Assembly (NCBI GenBank): GCA_034530875.2
Contig: JAVRCJ020000021.1
Location: 32,001-96,000 of the forward strand
DNA length: 64,000 bases
Source: Nostoc sp. DedSLP01
GTDB taxonomy: Bacteria; Cyanobacteriota; Cyanobacteriia; Cyanobacteriales; Nostocaceae
Direction: 5' to 3'
In this document: positions 1 through 11,101 of the stretch, piece by piece
Layout: every line of letters begins with the position of its first letter
Position numbering within the stretch: position 1 is the stretch's first letter
The notes under the pieces: model-generated
Seen by the model: the letters and a program-made list of their open reading frames with translations, nothing else
Told to the model about the DNA's origin: nothing
Database searches by the model: none
Translations under genes and position numbers: made by a program

Positions 1-399
1 CATATCCTTGAGAAATAGCTTAGTTAAATGGGTGAGACACACCAAATTTACCTGTAGCATTTCCAATTCAGCAGTTAGACTTGTTTCATGAAATAATCCA
101 TAAGTACCAAATCCAGCATTATTTACCAGTACATCAACCTGAATATCCGCTTGTTGCAACTCCGTGAAAATCTCGTCTGGAGATGTTGAGATAGATAAAT
201 CTTTGACAAGAGCTTTGACGAAATTTCCAAATTTTGACTCGAATTTTTCAGCAACTTCTCTTAGCTTTAGCCCATTTTTATCTACTAAGACAAGATTATA
301 ATCATCAGCTGCGAAAAGATACGCTAATTCGTAGCCAATTCCACTTGCTGCCCCGGTAATAAGAGCAGTTTTGCCATGTCCTTGATGTGTTGTGTTCAT
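1..399 (-). CDS. Short-chain dehydrogenase/reductase at the hetN position of the hgl island (5' part only; runs off the window)
   Basis: Manual translation from ATG at 399: MNTTHQGHGKTALITGAASGIG...VDVLVNNAGFG...LTKLFLKDM. Has the TGxxxGIG and NNAG SDR motifs and lies directly downstream of hglB. The RGSGR region of true HetN would fall just beyond the window edge. Confidence 0.85.
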   Translation of the reverse strand, partial: MNTTHQGHGKTALITGAASGIGYELAYLFAADDYNLVLVDKNGLKLREVAEKFESKFGNFVKALVKDLSISTSPDEIFTELQQADIQVDVLVNNAGFGTYGLFHETSLTAELEMLQVNLVCLTHLTKLFLKDM

Positions 400-762
400 G
401 TAAGAATATCGGTGAATTCAACTGAATTAAACTGCTTTCCATTGCCAGTGGTTCTTGTTCTACAATTAAGTATGCGTAATATCTCAACCTACGAAAAACG
501 TCTTGAGTCAAAATAATCTGTTATTTAATTTTGAATTACGAATGAAGCGTTGATATATCAGGAAAAAGCAGGAAATATCCCTCTAGAGAAGCATATTTTG
601 CTTACTCACAAATGTAGGTAAATTCAAAATTTGATGATTTACAATAACCATTGTAGACTGTTTTTTGTCAAGAAGGTAATTTTAAAATTTATGTTTCTAA
701 AATAAAAGTCATAATTCACAAATAACGAAAACTCTACTTACCAAAAGATAGAGCTTTAGAAT

Positions 763-776
763 GTAATATTCGATAC
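763..776. promoter_or_regulatory. Candidate NtcA-type site GTA-N8-TAC upstream of the SDR gene
   Basis: GTA ATATTCGA TAC matches the NtcA consensus; no perfect TAN3T box at the canonical spacing. Confidence 0.35.
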
Positions 777-902
777 TTTTTATTTGACTTTAAAAGTAGA
801 AACTGGTTTGTTATCAAAAATTTATAGATTTTGAATTTTGGATTGAATATTCAAAATTCAAAATCTAAAATCCCTATGTCAAATTCCCGTATAAATCCAC
901 AA

Positions 903-933
903 TGTAGAGACGTTGCATTGCAACGTCTCTACA
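903..933. repeat. REP-like palindrome TGTAGAGACGTTGCA-T-TGCAACGTCTCTACA
   Basis: Perfect 15-bp arms. Identical copy at 47975-48005; variants at 57913-57943, 19667-19693 and 22005-22029. Confidence 0.85.
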
Positions 934-1002
934 AATATTTTGATATCATGTACAATCGTTTTCATACATGAAATCAGCAACGCCTAAAATTCTATTGTCT
1001 CT

Positions 1003-2517
1003 CTAAGCGAGATTTAAGAATCCGCTTTGAATCAAATAGGCGGTATAAGTCATAAACAATTGAGAGTCAATTGTCGGGCAAGCAATAGAACTTCCTGCTA
1101 ATGCATGAAGCGTATCTTGACAACTAATATGTGGTCTTCTAGCTTGCAGGTATAAATCAGGAATAGTCAGTTGTTCATCAGACCAGCGTTCCAGCAAAAA
1201 GGGACGCAGAGTGTATAAAGGATTGTCTACAGAAGACACATTATTGATTAACTCTGACTGCCATTTGTCGTAGGGAATCATCTCAACTGAATAACCAAAA
1301 GAACGTATCCAGTCAACTAAAACTTTCAACGGTGCAGGTTGGGGATGTTGTAAATGAAAAGCCTTACCTATCGATTCTTTTTGACGCGATAGATAGACAA
1401 CGGCTTTACTCACATAGTCTACAGGAGACATATCCAACATATATTCTACATCGGGGAAACTTCCCATTTGTAGACAGCCTTTAGCCATCAAATTGATAAA
1501 GTCATGGGTGTTACAAATACCTGTTTGACTATCTCCAGAAATCAGAGGTGGACGATAGATAGTTACAGGAAGTCCTCTGTCACGGGCGATTTTAACTAAT
1601 CTTTCAGCTACCCATTTTGTTTGGGAATAGCCAAGATAAATACCTTCCCAATGACTGAATTCATCCTGTTCTTTGACAACCTTACCAGCATAAACAGGCG
1701 ATTCAAAAACAGCAACGCTGGAAACGTAATGTACGGGCTTGACTTTAATTTGACAAGCTAATCTTAAAACTTCTTGAGTTCCCAGAACGTTAGCAGCCTT
1801 CAATGCCGAGTATGGGTAAACATAATTCAACAAAGCACCGCTATGATAGATACTATCAATTTTGGCAGCTAAGATTTGAAATTGTTCTAAGCCAAGACCT
1901 AACAATGGTAAAGATAAATCGCCAACAACAGGAATAATTCTAGTATTATATTCTTCCTGCCAAATTGCATATTGTTGGAGATTATTTTGCAGTTTTGTCT
2001 TGCCTGCTTCGGGATTATCTGCACGGACTAAACAATAAATATCCGCCTTAGTTTCCTGTAGTAATTCCCGGATGATAAAGGCTCCTAAAAAGCCGGTTCC
2101 TCCAGTTAAAAAAATGTTTTTGGGTTCGCCTACAGGTAAATTAACAGCAGCGCCAGGATTAATTGTAGGGTCAAGAACAGCCTCGGCACCTAAATTTAAA
2201 ACCAAGGGAGTAGTATTGACGGTAGAAGATGCTGATTTTGTATCTTGAATCGCTGAATCTTCTTGTACTTCTTCAGCTAAACGCTGCGAAAGTGATGCAA
2301 TATTTGGGTAATGCCATAACAGCAGCGGAGATGGTTGAAATCCGAGCAATTTTTCTAATTTACCTACTAGAATCATTGCTTGGGCAGAATCCAAGCCATA
2401 GTTTTCTAAATGTTCTTCGATGTCGATATCAGCAGTTTCAGCATTTAGCAACTCAGCTAAGTTGGATACTAAAAAATTCTGAATATCTGCTGCGGTAAAA
2501 GACTGTTTTAAAGTCAT
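1003..2517 (-). CDS. hglB: HglB/HetM: ACP plus thioester reductase domain
   Basis: N-terminal ACP (YGLDSA), then terminal reductase ([17 protein letters not shown]); position after hglA. Confidence 0.93.
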   Translation of the reverse strand: MTLKQSFTAADIQNFLVSNLAELLNAETADIDIEEHLENYGLDSAQAMILVGKLEKLLGFQPSPLLLWHYPNIASLSQRLAEEVQEDSAIQDTKSASSTVNTTPLVLNLGAEAVLDPTINPGAAVNLPVGEPKNIFLTGGTGFLGAFIIRELLQETKADIYCLVRADNPEAGKTKLQNNLQQYAIWQEEYNTRIIPVVGDLSLPLLGLGLEQFQILAAKIDSIYHSGALLNYVYPYSALKAANVLGTQEVLRLACQIKVKPVHYVSSVAVFESPVYAGKVVKEQDEFSHWEGIYLGYSQTKWVAERLVKIARDRGLPVTIYRPPLISGDSQTGICNTHDFINLMAKGCLQMGSFPDVEYMLDMSPVDYVSKAVVYLSRQKESIGKAFHLQHPQPAPLKVLVDWIRSFGYSVEMIPYDKWQSELINNVSSVDNPLYTLRPFLLERWSDEQLTIPDLYLQARRPHISCQDTLHALAGSSIACPTIDSQLFMTYTAYLIQSGFLNLA

Positions 2518-2519
2518 TT

Positions 2520-4193
2520 TTAAATCTCCAATAATGTAGAAGGTACTGGTTGATATTGACTGTAATAATTAGAGACTTGTAGCCCTTGCATTTTCAAACT
2601 TTGGATGCGATATAAAAAGGCTGCGCCCGTCATAATTTGGTCAGCAACATCAACTACTCGGCGATTATTTGGGTCAGACAGGTAAGAACCTTTTACCCAG
2701 TCGTTGAAGCTACCCATCGCGGGGCCGCACCAAATTTGATAATCGACTTCTCTACCTTTTTCACCAGAATTAGACCAGCGAGAAGATAATCCTAAATACC
2801 AGCGGAAAATCAATGCCATTTTTAGCTTAGGATTATTAACAGCTTTGCCCAATTTTTCGGGGTTTCTTTGGGACAAATAAGCCGCTGTTCCTTCCCAAAC
2901 TTCAGCAATAGTTTTGCGGAAAACTTGTTTTTCTAATTTCTCTCTTTCTGCCAGAGGAATGTCTTCAATTGAGTCATAAGCGCGATAGAGTTCAAATAAT
3001 TTTTGCGCCCGCATGGGGAACATTGTACCCCGTTTGAGGACTTGCAATTTGACTCCCATTTCAAACATATCTGCGGCTGGTGCCATCATCATATCAGCCA
3101 TTTCTGCTTGAGCAAGTAATTTTTTGGTATGCTCGCAAGCTCCAGATTCAATGCATGATTGATTAATAGAACCAGTTACTATGTAAGCAGCACCCATCAT
3201 GAAACCGGCTAATGCTGATTCTGGGGTGCCAATTCCACCTGCTACTCCGACTCGAATGGGTATTTGGTAATGATATTGGGCTTGAATTTCGTCGCGCAAA
3301 GCAACAATAGAAGGTAGCAAACAAACCAAGGGACGGTTATCTGTATGACCGCCAGAATCAGCTTCGACAGTGATATCATCAGCCATCGGAACTTTAGCGG
3401 CGAGAGTTGCTTGCAGGTCTGTAATTAATCCTTGTTGGAGAAGTTCTTTAAGAATTCTGGGTGGCGCCGGTTGCATAAATTTTGTAGCAACTTCTCGGCG
3501 GGAAATTTTGGCAATGACTTTATTTCTGATTTCAATTTGATTGGCGTCATTTAATCCCAAACCTGCTACGCGATAGTAGACAATATTGGGAGTTAAATCT
3601 AAAAATGCAGATGCTTCTACGGTTTTTACCTGATATTTGAGATATAAATCTACAGCACGGCGTTCAATTGCGGGTTCGCTGGGACTGTGAATTAAATTAA
3701 ATGCGTAAGGGCCTTGGGGTAAGGCTTGTTGAATTTTCTTAATGGCTGCTTCTAAACGGTCTGGACTTAAACCACCTGCGCCAAAGGAACTTAAGATTTG
3801 GGCTTTTCCGAGTGCAATTACCATTTCTTCTGAAGCAATTCCGCCAGCCATTGCACCGGTAGCGTAGGCATATTTGACATTATGAAAGGAGAGGAAATTG
3901 GGATCTCCTAATTGTTGAATTCTGACTGGTGTCACAAATGTCAACAGTTCTATTTGTGCTGCTGTGCCGTTTTCAGTAGGGGATAAATACCCTTCGTTGG
4001 TGACACCGATTTTTCCGGCAACTTTCACGACGTAGCAAGGTTTATCTAATACCATCAATTTATTTTTGATGGTTTGTTGGTCGAAAGATATTGATTCTAA
4101 TGAACCTTTCCAAGTTTGGTTTTGAGTATGAGACCAAGGGGAGAAGTTCAGGCCGTTATCGTGTTTACTTAGTACCGTATCTACGGTTGTCAC
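2520..4193 (-). CDS. hglA: HglA, PfaD-family enoyl reductase
   Basis: [33 protein letters not shown] motifs. Start placed at GTG 4193 with a GAGGG SD rather than at the ORF-track 4298. Confidence 0.92.
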   Translation of the reverse strand: MTTVDTVLSKHDNGLNFSPWSHTQNQTWKGSLESISFDQQTIKNKLMVLDKPCYVVKVAGKIGVTNEGYLSPTENGTAAQIELLTFVTPVRIQQLGDPNFLSFHNVKYAYATGAMAGGIASEEMVIALGKAQILSSFGAGGLSPDRLEAAIKKIQQALPQGPYAFNLIHSPSEPAIERRAVDLYLKYQVKTVEASAFLDLTPNIVYYRVAGLGLNDANQIEIRNKVIAKISRREVATKFMQPAPPRILKELLQQGLITDLQATLAAKVPMADDITVEADSGGHTDNRPLVCLLPSIVALRDEIQAQYHYQIPIRVGVAGGIGTPESALAGFMMGAAYIVTGSINQSCIESGACEHTKKLLAQAEMADMMMAPAADMFEMGVKLQVLKRGTMFPMRAQKLFELYRAYDSIEDIPLAEREKLEKQVFRKTIAEVWEGTAAYLSQRNPEKLGKAVNNPKLKMALIFRWYLGLSSRWSNSGEKGREVDYQIWCGPAMGSFNDWVKGSYLSDPNNRRVVDVADQIMTGAAFLYRIQSLKMQGLQVSNYYSQYQPVPSTLLEI

Positions 4194-4339
4194 AGCAGTT
4201 GTCCCTCGAATTATTAGCGTTGGAGTTGGGTTTTTGTAGAAGTTTGAATTTCTATCACGCAGAGACGCGGAGGCGCGGAGAGTTTGAGAGATGGGCAATT
4301 AGTGTGGTGCTGCGGTTCACTAATTGGTTTGTGGTTTCT

Positions 4340-7300
4340 TTATTTGGATTCTTCGTCGAGTAAGTTTTGGGCGCAGGCTAATTGGAGTTGGATGATTTCA
4401 CTCATTTGCTTGCTAAATTCTTGTCTGGCTTGTAGGAAGGCTGTGTGTGCTTTAGTTATCTTGGAATTGTTAGCGTTGAGTTTTTGATACTGAGATTTAT
4501 TTAAATCTGACATGTGGATGATTCTACGAAGTTTCCGAGTGGTGGTTGGTGGGGAAAATTTAGGTTGAGTGGTTGTTTGTTCAATTGACTCAGAAGATTT
4601 TACTTCTTCTTTAAATTCAAAACCGTTATTAATGATATTTTTTGCTGCAACTTTTTCAGATTGGATAGGTGAGGGTGGGATGTGATTGGGATTACTTGTT
4701 TGGGAGGAAATTGGGCTGGGAATTTCTAATGAGGAGTCGGGTAAAATTTGAGGTTGGATTTTGGGGCGATCGCCTTTACATTTCTCAACTAAATTCTCAA
4801 ATATTTGGCGGTTATCTTCAGTCAAAATGCTATCAGTAATTGAATGTCCACCCAAGGTTACAGTTCTCAGAGTTGCCTTAGTTTGATTGGTAGTTTGGGC
4901 AACACTATATAGTGGCGATAAATCGACATCTACCTGGTGACTAACCAGTTTTGCCAGTGCTTTGACAAAAGCAGTATGGTCATCCATACCTCTACGATTT
5001 AGGGATACTGTAATGTGTTCTTTACCTTGGAGAATTTTATCAATCCAGCGAGAACAGACATTACCTGCACCAGCTTCAATGAATATTTTGGCACCATCAT
5101 TGTAGAGGCAATTAACTAATCTGGGGAAGTCTAATTGTTGAGAAAGACCCGTGGCAATACTACGAGCAATTTCGCCACTCTCTAGTTTAATTGGTTGATA
5201 TTCAGCAGCAGAATAAAAGACAACGCCAGGAATATTTTGTGATGGTAAAGTGTTTAATTTCACCAATTCACCATATTCAGAACGCATCGTTCCGCAGTGA
5301 ATCACATGGTCGAAGGGAGCCGGGAAAGCATTACAGTCCAAGGCTTTGATAACTCGCTGACAAGCTGCTGGTTCGCCAGCAATTAATACTTCTTCCGGTG
5401 TATTAATCTGAGTTAAGTAAACGCGCTGTTCATTTTTTAGACATTCCCTTACTTGCTCTGGGCTAGCCATTAAAACATAGTTACCCCAAAGATTATTGTC
5501 GGAAGCTGAGGAAATTTTTGGTAGTCCCCAATACTCACGCACAGCATTTTTCGGCCCGGATAATCTATCGCCAAATAAAGCCGATGAGTTGAAGCTACTA
5601 CTACCTTCATAAAAATTGCTCCAAACTCCCTGAGCAACCATCATGCTTGTTTCACCCAAGCTATACCCAAAAACATATTTAGGTTTAACTTGAAAATCAT
5701 CACGAATAATCGTAGTCAGTAATCTGGTGCAAAACATTTCGGCTTCAAACATTGCTAGAGAATCATCTAGCAATTTCTTTTCTAGTGTTTCTAGTTCCCT
5801 AGTAGTAAATTTTTTCAAACTTCTGGGAAAAACTAGCGGTTCAACATCAGCAGCACGTTTGTAAATACTTTTAACCATTAAGTCGTTGTAGACTCTTGGG
5901 AATAAGCGAAATAGCGTGCGACCGATGCCAAGATAAGAATTGACTGCTGCCGGATAAATGTAAGCAATTTCACCTTTTTTACCCAATGGTTTAGCAGTGA
6001 AATAACTACCCACAGGTGTTTGCCAATCTCCTCCACGTTCAAAAGCATTATTTACACCTTTACGTGCAGATTCGATTTCTTTGAGTAATTCTTTTTGGTT
6101 GCGTCCTGTAATTGATAGGACATATTTTGCCGCTGATTGTTTTTGAAAGTTCTCAAAATATTTGCTAGCAATTGCTTTGAGAGAAGGAGAATTTTCAACA
6201 GCTTTTTGCAAATTATCCAAAGCCGCAAATAAACTTGAGCTATCATCAGCCGGGATGGGGAAAAGACAAAAAGGTTTTTCCTGTAAATATCGGCTGGTGC
6301 GTTCTTCTTGGCTACCTTCTTCGGATAAAATCACATGAGCAAAACTGCCATCACAGCCAATACTATTAAGTGCGGAAACTCTCGATTTAGCGTTTTTCCC
6401 TAAAAACCAAGGTCTTGATTCTGTCGCCACATAGAAAGGACTGCCTTCCCATGCTTGCGGCGTTTTCACACCAGACCAATTGGGAGTACCGGGTATGTAC
6501 CTGTGATATAAGCAAAGAGCGTTTTTAATTAGGCTGGCAATTCCCGAAGCAACGTAGGTATGACCGATATTGGCTTTGACGCTACCAATTGCACAGTGCA
6601 ACCCATCTCCTACTGGCGGATAAGCTTGCAGTAAACCTGTGATTTCGGCTGCATCTTCCTGGGGAATACCACTACCGCAAACTTCCAGGTAGTTCACCTC
6701 TGTGGGTTGGATACCTGCAATGTCGAAAGCTTGTTTGCAGACTTGGCTGATAGTTTCGCCGTCTACAACGGTGGAATGGGCTTGTCCGATGCTAACGGCG
6801 TCAATAACTGCATAGATGCGTTCCGCATTTTCTAGGGCGGTGTCATGACGTTTGAGAACAATTGCACCCGCACCTTCACCTACTGTCCAGCCGTCTGCGT
6901 TTTGGTCGTAACTCAAGGTATTGATACCCGTATTCACCTTAGCCATTTGGCTTCGGAGTAAGACGTTTTCGACACCGCCAGCTAAGTCAACAGCACCAAC
7001 AACCACAGCTTCGACTTCTCCAGCAGCTAGTAGCATTTGCGCTACTTCTAAAGCTTTGAGGGCGGAATTTTCGCCCGCAGTCATCGTAAATGCTGGGCCG
7101 GTGAAGTTCCATAAGGCAGAAATGCGGCTTGCCATAATGTTGGCGATGTGGCTGACATATTCGCCAATTTCTACGGGATGATGGAGGCTATCTTTGACGA
7201 TGGTTTCTAGTTGAGTTTGCTGTTCTGTAGGTAAAGAGATTTCTTGAGTGAGTAAGCCTTCTTTAACTTGCCAGGGCAAATTCCATCTTTGCTGTAGTTG

Positions 7301-9070
7301 GTGTACAGATAATTCTGTTTCAGCGGCAATGATAACTGCGACGTTGCTGCCTTCTCGGATTTTCGCATCTTTGAGGGCGCGATCGCTCACTTTCAGAAGT
7401 AGTAATTGTTGTGGATTTAATTTATCTACTTCATTCGGTGGAATTTTACACGCTAATGTATCGATTTCAAAATCTTGAATGTATGCCCCGACTGGTGCTT
7501 TACCTTCTGGCAAACCATATTCTTTAAGTAAATTTTCTTGGTTTTCTATACCCTGCCATCTTTGCGGCGGTAACGAAACAAAATGCTGAGTGCCATCGTA
7601 AATCGAACGTTCAAAAGCATCTAAGCCGTTACAGTTGCCGAAGAAAGCATCCATGCCGACAATGGCAAGTTTTACAGGTGGAACAGGTTCGGTTGAATTG
7701 TCTAATTCTGTTGTCGTTCCTTGTTCTAAAATCAGATGAGAATTAGTGCCGCCAAAACCAAAAGCACTGATAGCAGCCCGTTTTATTGAAGCGTTATTAT
7801 TAGGCCATGCTGTAGCGGTTTTAACAATTTTATCGGCGGGAATTTTACTGTTTTCAGTAGCTATGGGTTCGGTAACATTCAAAGTTGGTGGAATGACACC
7901 GTTGGACATACTCAAAATTACTTTAGTCAAGCCAACCATACCAGCCGCAGTTAATAAATGACCAGTATTTGCTTTAGCAGAACCTATCAATGGTGCAGCT
8001 TGATGTTGACCAAAGAATGTTTCGATAGAATTAAATTCTGTTGTATCTCCTAATAATGTGCCGGTAGCATGGCACTCTAAATAATCGATGGTTTGAGGAC
8101 TAATTTTTGCCTCGTTATAAGCTCTCTCAAAAGCCAGAATTTGTCCTTTAGGATTGGGGCTGAGTAAATGCTTTCCTTTACCATCATTGGAGAGTCCATT
8201 ACCGCAGATGGTAGCGAGAATTTTATCGCCATCTCTGACAGCATCAGAATATCTCTTGAGCATCACTATGCCAACACCATCGGCGGGAATTAGCCCTCTG
8301 GATGATTTATCTAAGGGACGGCTAAGACCGTTTTCTGGAAATCCTTGGACGCCAGAAAATAACATCCGCACAAATAGGGAATCTGCACTACTGATAGCAC
8401 CGGCTAACATTACGTCGGCTTTGCGCGATCGCAAATAATGAGACGCCAGTTTAATGGCATAAAATGATGATGAACAAGCAGCATCGAGACATAAATTAAT
8501 GCGGGATAACGATAAGGCTTGAGCGATTATTGCTGCTGGTAAGCCGGAAATCATCGCATTATATAATGATGCTTGATTGGCGGTTGGTAGAGTGGGTAAA
8601 TCTAAATCTGGAAGTTGTAAAAGTTCTTTGAGGGCAGGTGTAATGCTTTTTTGGTAGATGGGAGAAAATAATTGATTGGAAAGTTTTGTGGGGAATGAAA
8701 GGTTTCCCAAAATTACACCGCATTTGGAGAGAATACTTTGATTGCCCCAATAACCGCTTTGGAGAATTGCTTGTTTGGCGGCGTACAATGACCATTTGAA
8801 GGTGTTATCTAAACTCTCAAGTAATTCTGGTGGTAGGTTGTAGCCAGATGGGTCAAATTCAAAGTTGCGGATGTATCCACCTTTGAGGGAATAGGTCTTA
8901 TCTGGTGTGCCTTTGAGTGGATGATGGAAGATTTCTGGATCTACTCCAAATTCTTGGATGGTTGCAGAGGACGTGGAGTCTTTTTTATTGATAATATTTT
9001 GCCAAAATTCTTCAGTGTTTTTGGCATCGGGGAATAGACATGACAATGCGATAATGGCGATTTTTTCCAT
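4340..9070 (-). CDS. hglC: Fused HglD-HglC: KS, chain-length-factor-like KS, acyltransferase (PfaB/C-like)
   Basis: Active KS (DAACSSS, HATGT, GFGGTN), second KS lacking the Cys (TAGENSA), AT-like GYSLGE. Likely start MEKIAII at 9070. Confidence 0.88.
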   Translation of the reverse strand: MEKIAIIALSCLFPDAKNTEEFWQNIINKKDSTSSATIQEFGVDPEIFHHPLKGTPDKTYSLKGGYIRNFEFDPSGYNLPPELLESLDNTFKWSLYAAKQAILQSGYWGNQSILSKCGVILGNLSFPTKLSNQLFSPIYQKSITPALKELLQLPDLDLPTLPTANQASLYNAMISGLPAAIIAQALSLSRINLCLDAACSSSFYAIKLASHYLRSRKADVMLAGAISSADSLFVRMLFSGVQGFPENGLSRPLDKSSRGLIPADGVGIVMLKRYSDAVRDGDKILATICGNGLSNDGKGKHLLSPNPKGQILAFERAYNEAKISPQTIDYLECHATGTLLGDTTEFNSIETFFGQHQAAPLIGSAKANTGHLLTAAGMVGLTKVILSMSNGVIPPTLNVTEPIATENSKIPADKIVKTATAWPNNNASIKRAAISAFGFGGTNSHLILEQGTTTELDNSTEPVPPVKLAIVGMDAFFGNCNGLDAFERSIYDGTQHFVSLPPQRWQGIENQENLLKEYGLPEGKAPVGAYIQDFEIDTLACKIPPNEVDKLNPQQLLLLKVSDRALKDAKIREGSNVAVIIAAETELSVHQLQQRWNLPWQVKEGLLTQEISLPTEQQTQLETIVKDSLHHPVEIGEYVSHIANIMASRISALWNFTGPAFTMTAGENSALKALEVAQMLLAAGEVEAVVVGAVDLAGGVENVLLRSQMAKVNTGINTLSYDQNADGWTVGEGAGAIVLKRHDTALENAERIYAVIDAVSIGQAHSTVVDGETISQVCKQAFDIAGIQPTEVNYLEVCGSGIPQEDAAEITGLLQAYPPVGDGLHCAIGSVKANIGHTYVASGIASLIKNALCLYHRYIPGTPNWSGVKTPQAWEGSPFYVATESRPWFLGKNAKSRVSALNSIGCDGSFAHVILSEEGSQEERTSRYLQEKPFCLFPIPADDSSSLFAALDNLQKAVENSPSLKAIASKYFENFQKQSAAKYVLSITGRNQKELLKEIESARKGVNNAFERGGDWQTPVGSYFTAKPLGKKGEIAYIYPAAVNSYLGIGRTLFRLFPRVYNDLMVKSIYKRAADVEPLVFPRSLKKFTTRELETLEKKLLDDSLAMFEAEMFCTRLLTTIIRDDFQVKPKYVFGYSLGETSMMVAQGVWSNFYEGSSSFNSSALFGDRLSGPKNAVREYWGLPKISSASDNNLWGNYVLMASPEQVRECLKNEQRVYLTQINTPEEVLIAGEPAACQRVIKALDCNAFPAPFDHVIHCGTMRSEYGELVKLNTLPSQNIPGVVFYSAAEYQPIKLESGEIARSIATGLSQQLDFPRLVNCLYNDGAKIFIEAGAGNVCSRWIDKILQGKEHITVSLNRRGMDDHTAFVKALAKLVSHQVDVDLSPLYSVAQTTNQTKATLRTVTLGGHSITDSILTEDNRQIFENLVEKCKGDRPKIQPQILPDSSLEIPSPISSQTSNPNHIPPSPIQSEKVAAKNIINNGFEFKEEVKSSESIEQTTTQPKFSPPTTTRKLRRIIHMSDLNKSQYQKLNANNSKITKAHTAFLQARQEFSKQMSEIIQLQLACAQNLLDEESK

Positions 9071-9282
9071 TATTTTTATCCTCAAGGTTTGGGTATTAGG
9101 GATGAGCAAAAGGCAGGATTTACGCTGTTCCCCAAACTTGAAAATTCACGCAGAGGCGCGGAGGCGCAGAGGAGAGGAGAGTTATACCAATTGAAAAAAG
9201 AATGCTATGGATGGATTTCCAGAATCGAGATGCACAAAGCAATTCTCAATCCAAAATCTAAAATCTAAAATCCAAAATGGTA

Positions 9283-11010
9283 TTAGCTTCTGAGGAGTTT
9301 CATTGACCAGATGATTGCTCTGGCTCCGAGGAGGCGTGAGTAGATTTGGCCTTGGTGGTTGTGGATGATGATGTCGGCGGTGGCGCTGCTGGAGGTTTTG
9401 GATTTGACTTCGCAGGAGACGTAGAAGGGTTCGTTTTGTGGTGTGGCTGCAAATTGTTCGTATTTTGCGACTTGTCCGGGTAAGCAACCTTCTTGATGGA
9501 AGTGTTGTGTCCAAACCCAAAGTGCGTGCATACTTAGGTCAGTTGTGTATGGGTTGACCCATTGGACTGGAAATTGTCCTTGTTGTTGGCGTGAGATTGG
9601 TTCCCACAAACATTGTGTGGTGATTTTTTCTGTGGTGATGTTTAAAACTTTTTCAATTTCTTGAAAAGCTTTGCCATGAAATAATGTAGCTTCTCCATTT
9701 TGATAAAAAGATTTACCAGTGAGAGTGATAATATTATCTGGTTCTAGATTAATTGCATCGTAAGTTGGGGATGTGGGTAATTCTAGTAAGAGTTGGATTT
9801 GGGCGCTGAAATGATAAAATGTTTTGCCAGCGAGATTTTTACTCGATATTTTGGTGTTGAATGTAATCTGTTGTCCGTTAGTTTTAGAAATTTCTTCGAC
9901 ATCTACAATATATTCATTTGCTAAAGTCTCGTTAAAAGTAATTCCTTTCAAAATTTTGAAATCTTGAGCAGCAAAAAATCTGTATCCTGGATAAAGTTGT
10001 TCGCAGTAATCAATCATCCATGATAGAGCGCATGTAGCGGGTAATACTGGAGAACCAGCGATTACATGATCTAATAAAAATGGATTTTCTTCTAATGTCA
10101 TGCGGCGGCGCAAACGATAGCTGCGGAGTTCGGAATCTAACTCTCTAGCTAATGGTACTAGGGGGCTACCAATGACGACTTGTGTATTGTCTTGATAGGC
10201 GGGATGCAATTCGTTGACTAACATTTTTGTTCCAGCTTCTACGGGAATTACTTCAACTCCTCGTTCGGCAAAAGCTTTTTTGAGTTCTGGTGACACCATG
10301 CCGCTGTCCCAAGCTCCCCAGTTAATTGCTACTACGTGACATAAGGGATATTGTTGTTTGAAAATATGGGCTGATTTATTGAGGATTTCATTGGCGATCG
10401 CATAGTCAGATTGACCAATGTTTCCGTAAAATCCTGTTACTGAAGAAAATAAAACTAAATGCTGAAGTTGATTAGGATTGATACAATCCAGTAGGTTTTC
10501 TAATCCTTTAACTTTGGCGGTATAAACTTTTTCAAAATCCTCTTCTGTTTTCTTTTCAATTAATTTATCGGCTAGATTTCCAGCGCCATGTATAATGCCT
10601 GTAATTGACCCCATACGTTGCACAGCATGAGCTAGTTTTTCTTGTAAAGCCTGTGTATCTGTAACATCAATGCTAATATATTCGGCTTTAGCTCCAGCTT
10701 TTTCAATTGCTGCGAGGGTCTTTTTAATTTCGCGGCTGGAGGAAATTTTGTTATATATTTTTTGCACATTCATGGGTGTGGGTTTCTCTCCTTGGGCAAG
10801 AAGATTTTCCATGATGCGTTTTTTCAATGCTGATTCTTCACAACCTTGGGCAAAATCTGGCTCGGTTTCTAATAGTTCAGAGCGACCGAGAAGGATAAAT
10901 TTACAGGGTTGTTGCTGGGCTAATTTGATAGTACACTCAGCCGTAATCCCTTTTGCACCGCCGCTAACGACAAAAACAGATGATGGACTAAGCTGGGCTG
11001 TTTGGGTCAT
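9283..11010 (-). CDS. hglG: HglG: ketoreductase plus dehydratase
   Basis: VSGGAKGIT, IHGAG, QSDYAIANE (KR); FLLDHVIAGSPVLP (DH). Confidence 0.9.
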   Translation of the reverse strand: MTQTAQLSPSSVFVVSGGAKGITAECTIKLAQQQPCKFILLGRSELLETEPDFAQGCEESALKKRIMENLLAQGEKPTPMNVQKIYNKISSSREIKKTLAAIEKAGAKAEYISIDVTDTQALQEKLAHAVQRMGSITGIIHGAGNLADKLIEKKTEEDFEKVYTAKVKGLENLLDCINPNQLQHLVLFSSVTGFYGNIGQSDYAIANEILNKSAHIFKQQYPLCHVVAINWGAWDSGMVSPELKKAFAERGVEVIPVEAGTKMLVNELHPAYQDNTQVVIGSPLVPLARELDSELRSYRLRRRMTLEENPFLLDHVIAGSPVLPATCALSWMIDYCEQLYPGYRFFAAQDFKILKGITFNETLANEYIVDVEEISKTNGQQITFNTKISSKNLAGKTFYHFSAQIQLLLELPTSPTYDAINLEPDNIITLTGKSFYQNGEATLFHGKAFQEIEKVLNITTEKITTQCLWEPISRQQQGQFPVQWVNPYTTDLSMHALWVWTQHFHQEGCLPGQVAKYEQFAATPQNEPFYVSCEVKSKTSSSATADIIIHNHQGQIYSRLLGARAIIWSMKLLRS

Positions 11011-11101
11011 AAATCCTCGTAAAAAAATGTATAAATTTGTTTTTTTTACTCTGCGCCTCTGGGAATCTCACGCAGAGACGCAGAGGTGCAGAGAGGAGGG
11101 A

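Noticed and set aside
6052..8795. Numerous 60-110 aa ORFs overlapping long genes (here and throughout)
   Set aside because: Antisense or off-frame shadows of well-supported CDSs with no independent motifs.
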